NCBI RefSeq assembly: GCF_964213995.1
Contig: NC_135810.1
Coordinates: forward strand, 24,304,001 to 24,368,000
Length of the DNA: 64,000 nt
Origin: Mustelus asterias
Lineage: Eukaryota
Reading direction: 5' to 3'
Numbering within the stretch: position 1 is the first letter of the stretch; the number at the start of each line of letters is the position of its first letter. The translations under genes and the position numbers were made by a program. The notes under the pieces were generated by a model, which ran no database searches, was not told where the DNA came from, and saw only the letters and a program-made list of their open reading frames with translations. Below are positions 63,863-64,000 of the stretch, one piece after another.

Positions 63863-64000
63863 AAGTAACACACTGGCCAATTATATGTTACATTCTGTGC
63901 TTGCTAAAACCCTTTCCTGTCACTTAATCTGCTTCAAATGAGGAAAAAAAAAATAGATCGACACTAAGGGATTTATTCAAGCCTACAGTATAGGACTTCC

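Overview
This is a repeat-dense vertebrate window, most likely from a shark or other elasmobranch, judging by HE1-type V-SINEs, Deu-domain SINEs and HER1/CR1 LINEs. It has one 200-N assembly gap, and I recognise no intact host gene. Contents: many CR1 LINE fragments (one young family), Rex1/Babar and L2 remnants, three SINE types, two decayed gag-protease Gypsy LTR elements, two Penelope-like elements, and a family of PIF/Harbinger-like TIR elements with 3-bp target-site duplications (TSDs). Four observations stand out. (1) A Harbinger-type non-autonomous element (35996-37304) carries a spliced OPA1 cDNA fragment arranged as a perfect 77-bp inverted repeat next to an NRF1/GC-box motif. (2) Minimal hammerhead ribozymes occur in Penelope-type repeats, including a U3-A8 compensatory core variant and a copy in the loop of a 53-bp inverted repeat. 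(3) A V-SINE subfamily appears to have swapped its CR1 tail for a Rex1-like tail. (4) Several junctions show fold-back or templated insertion. All calls were made by eye; no database searches were run, and many boundaries are approximate.
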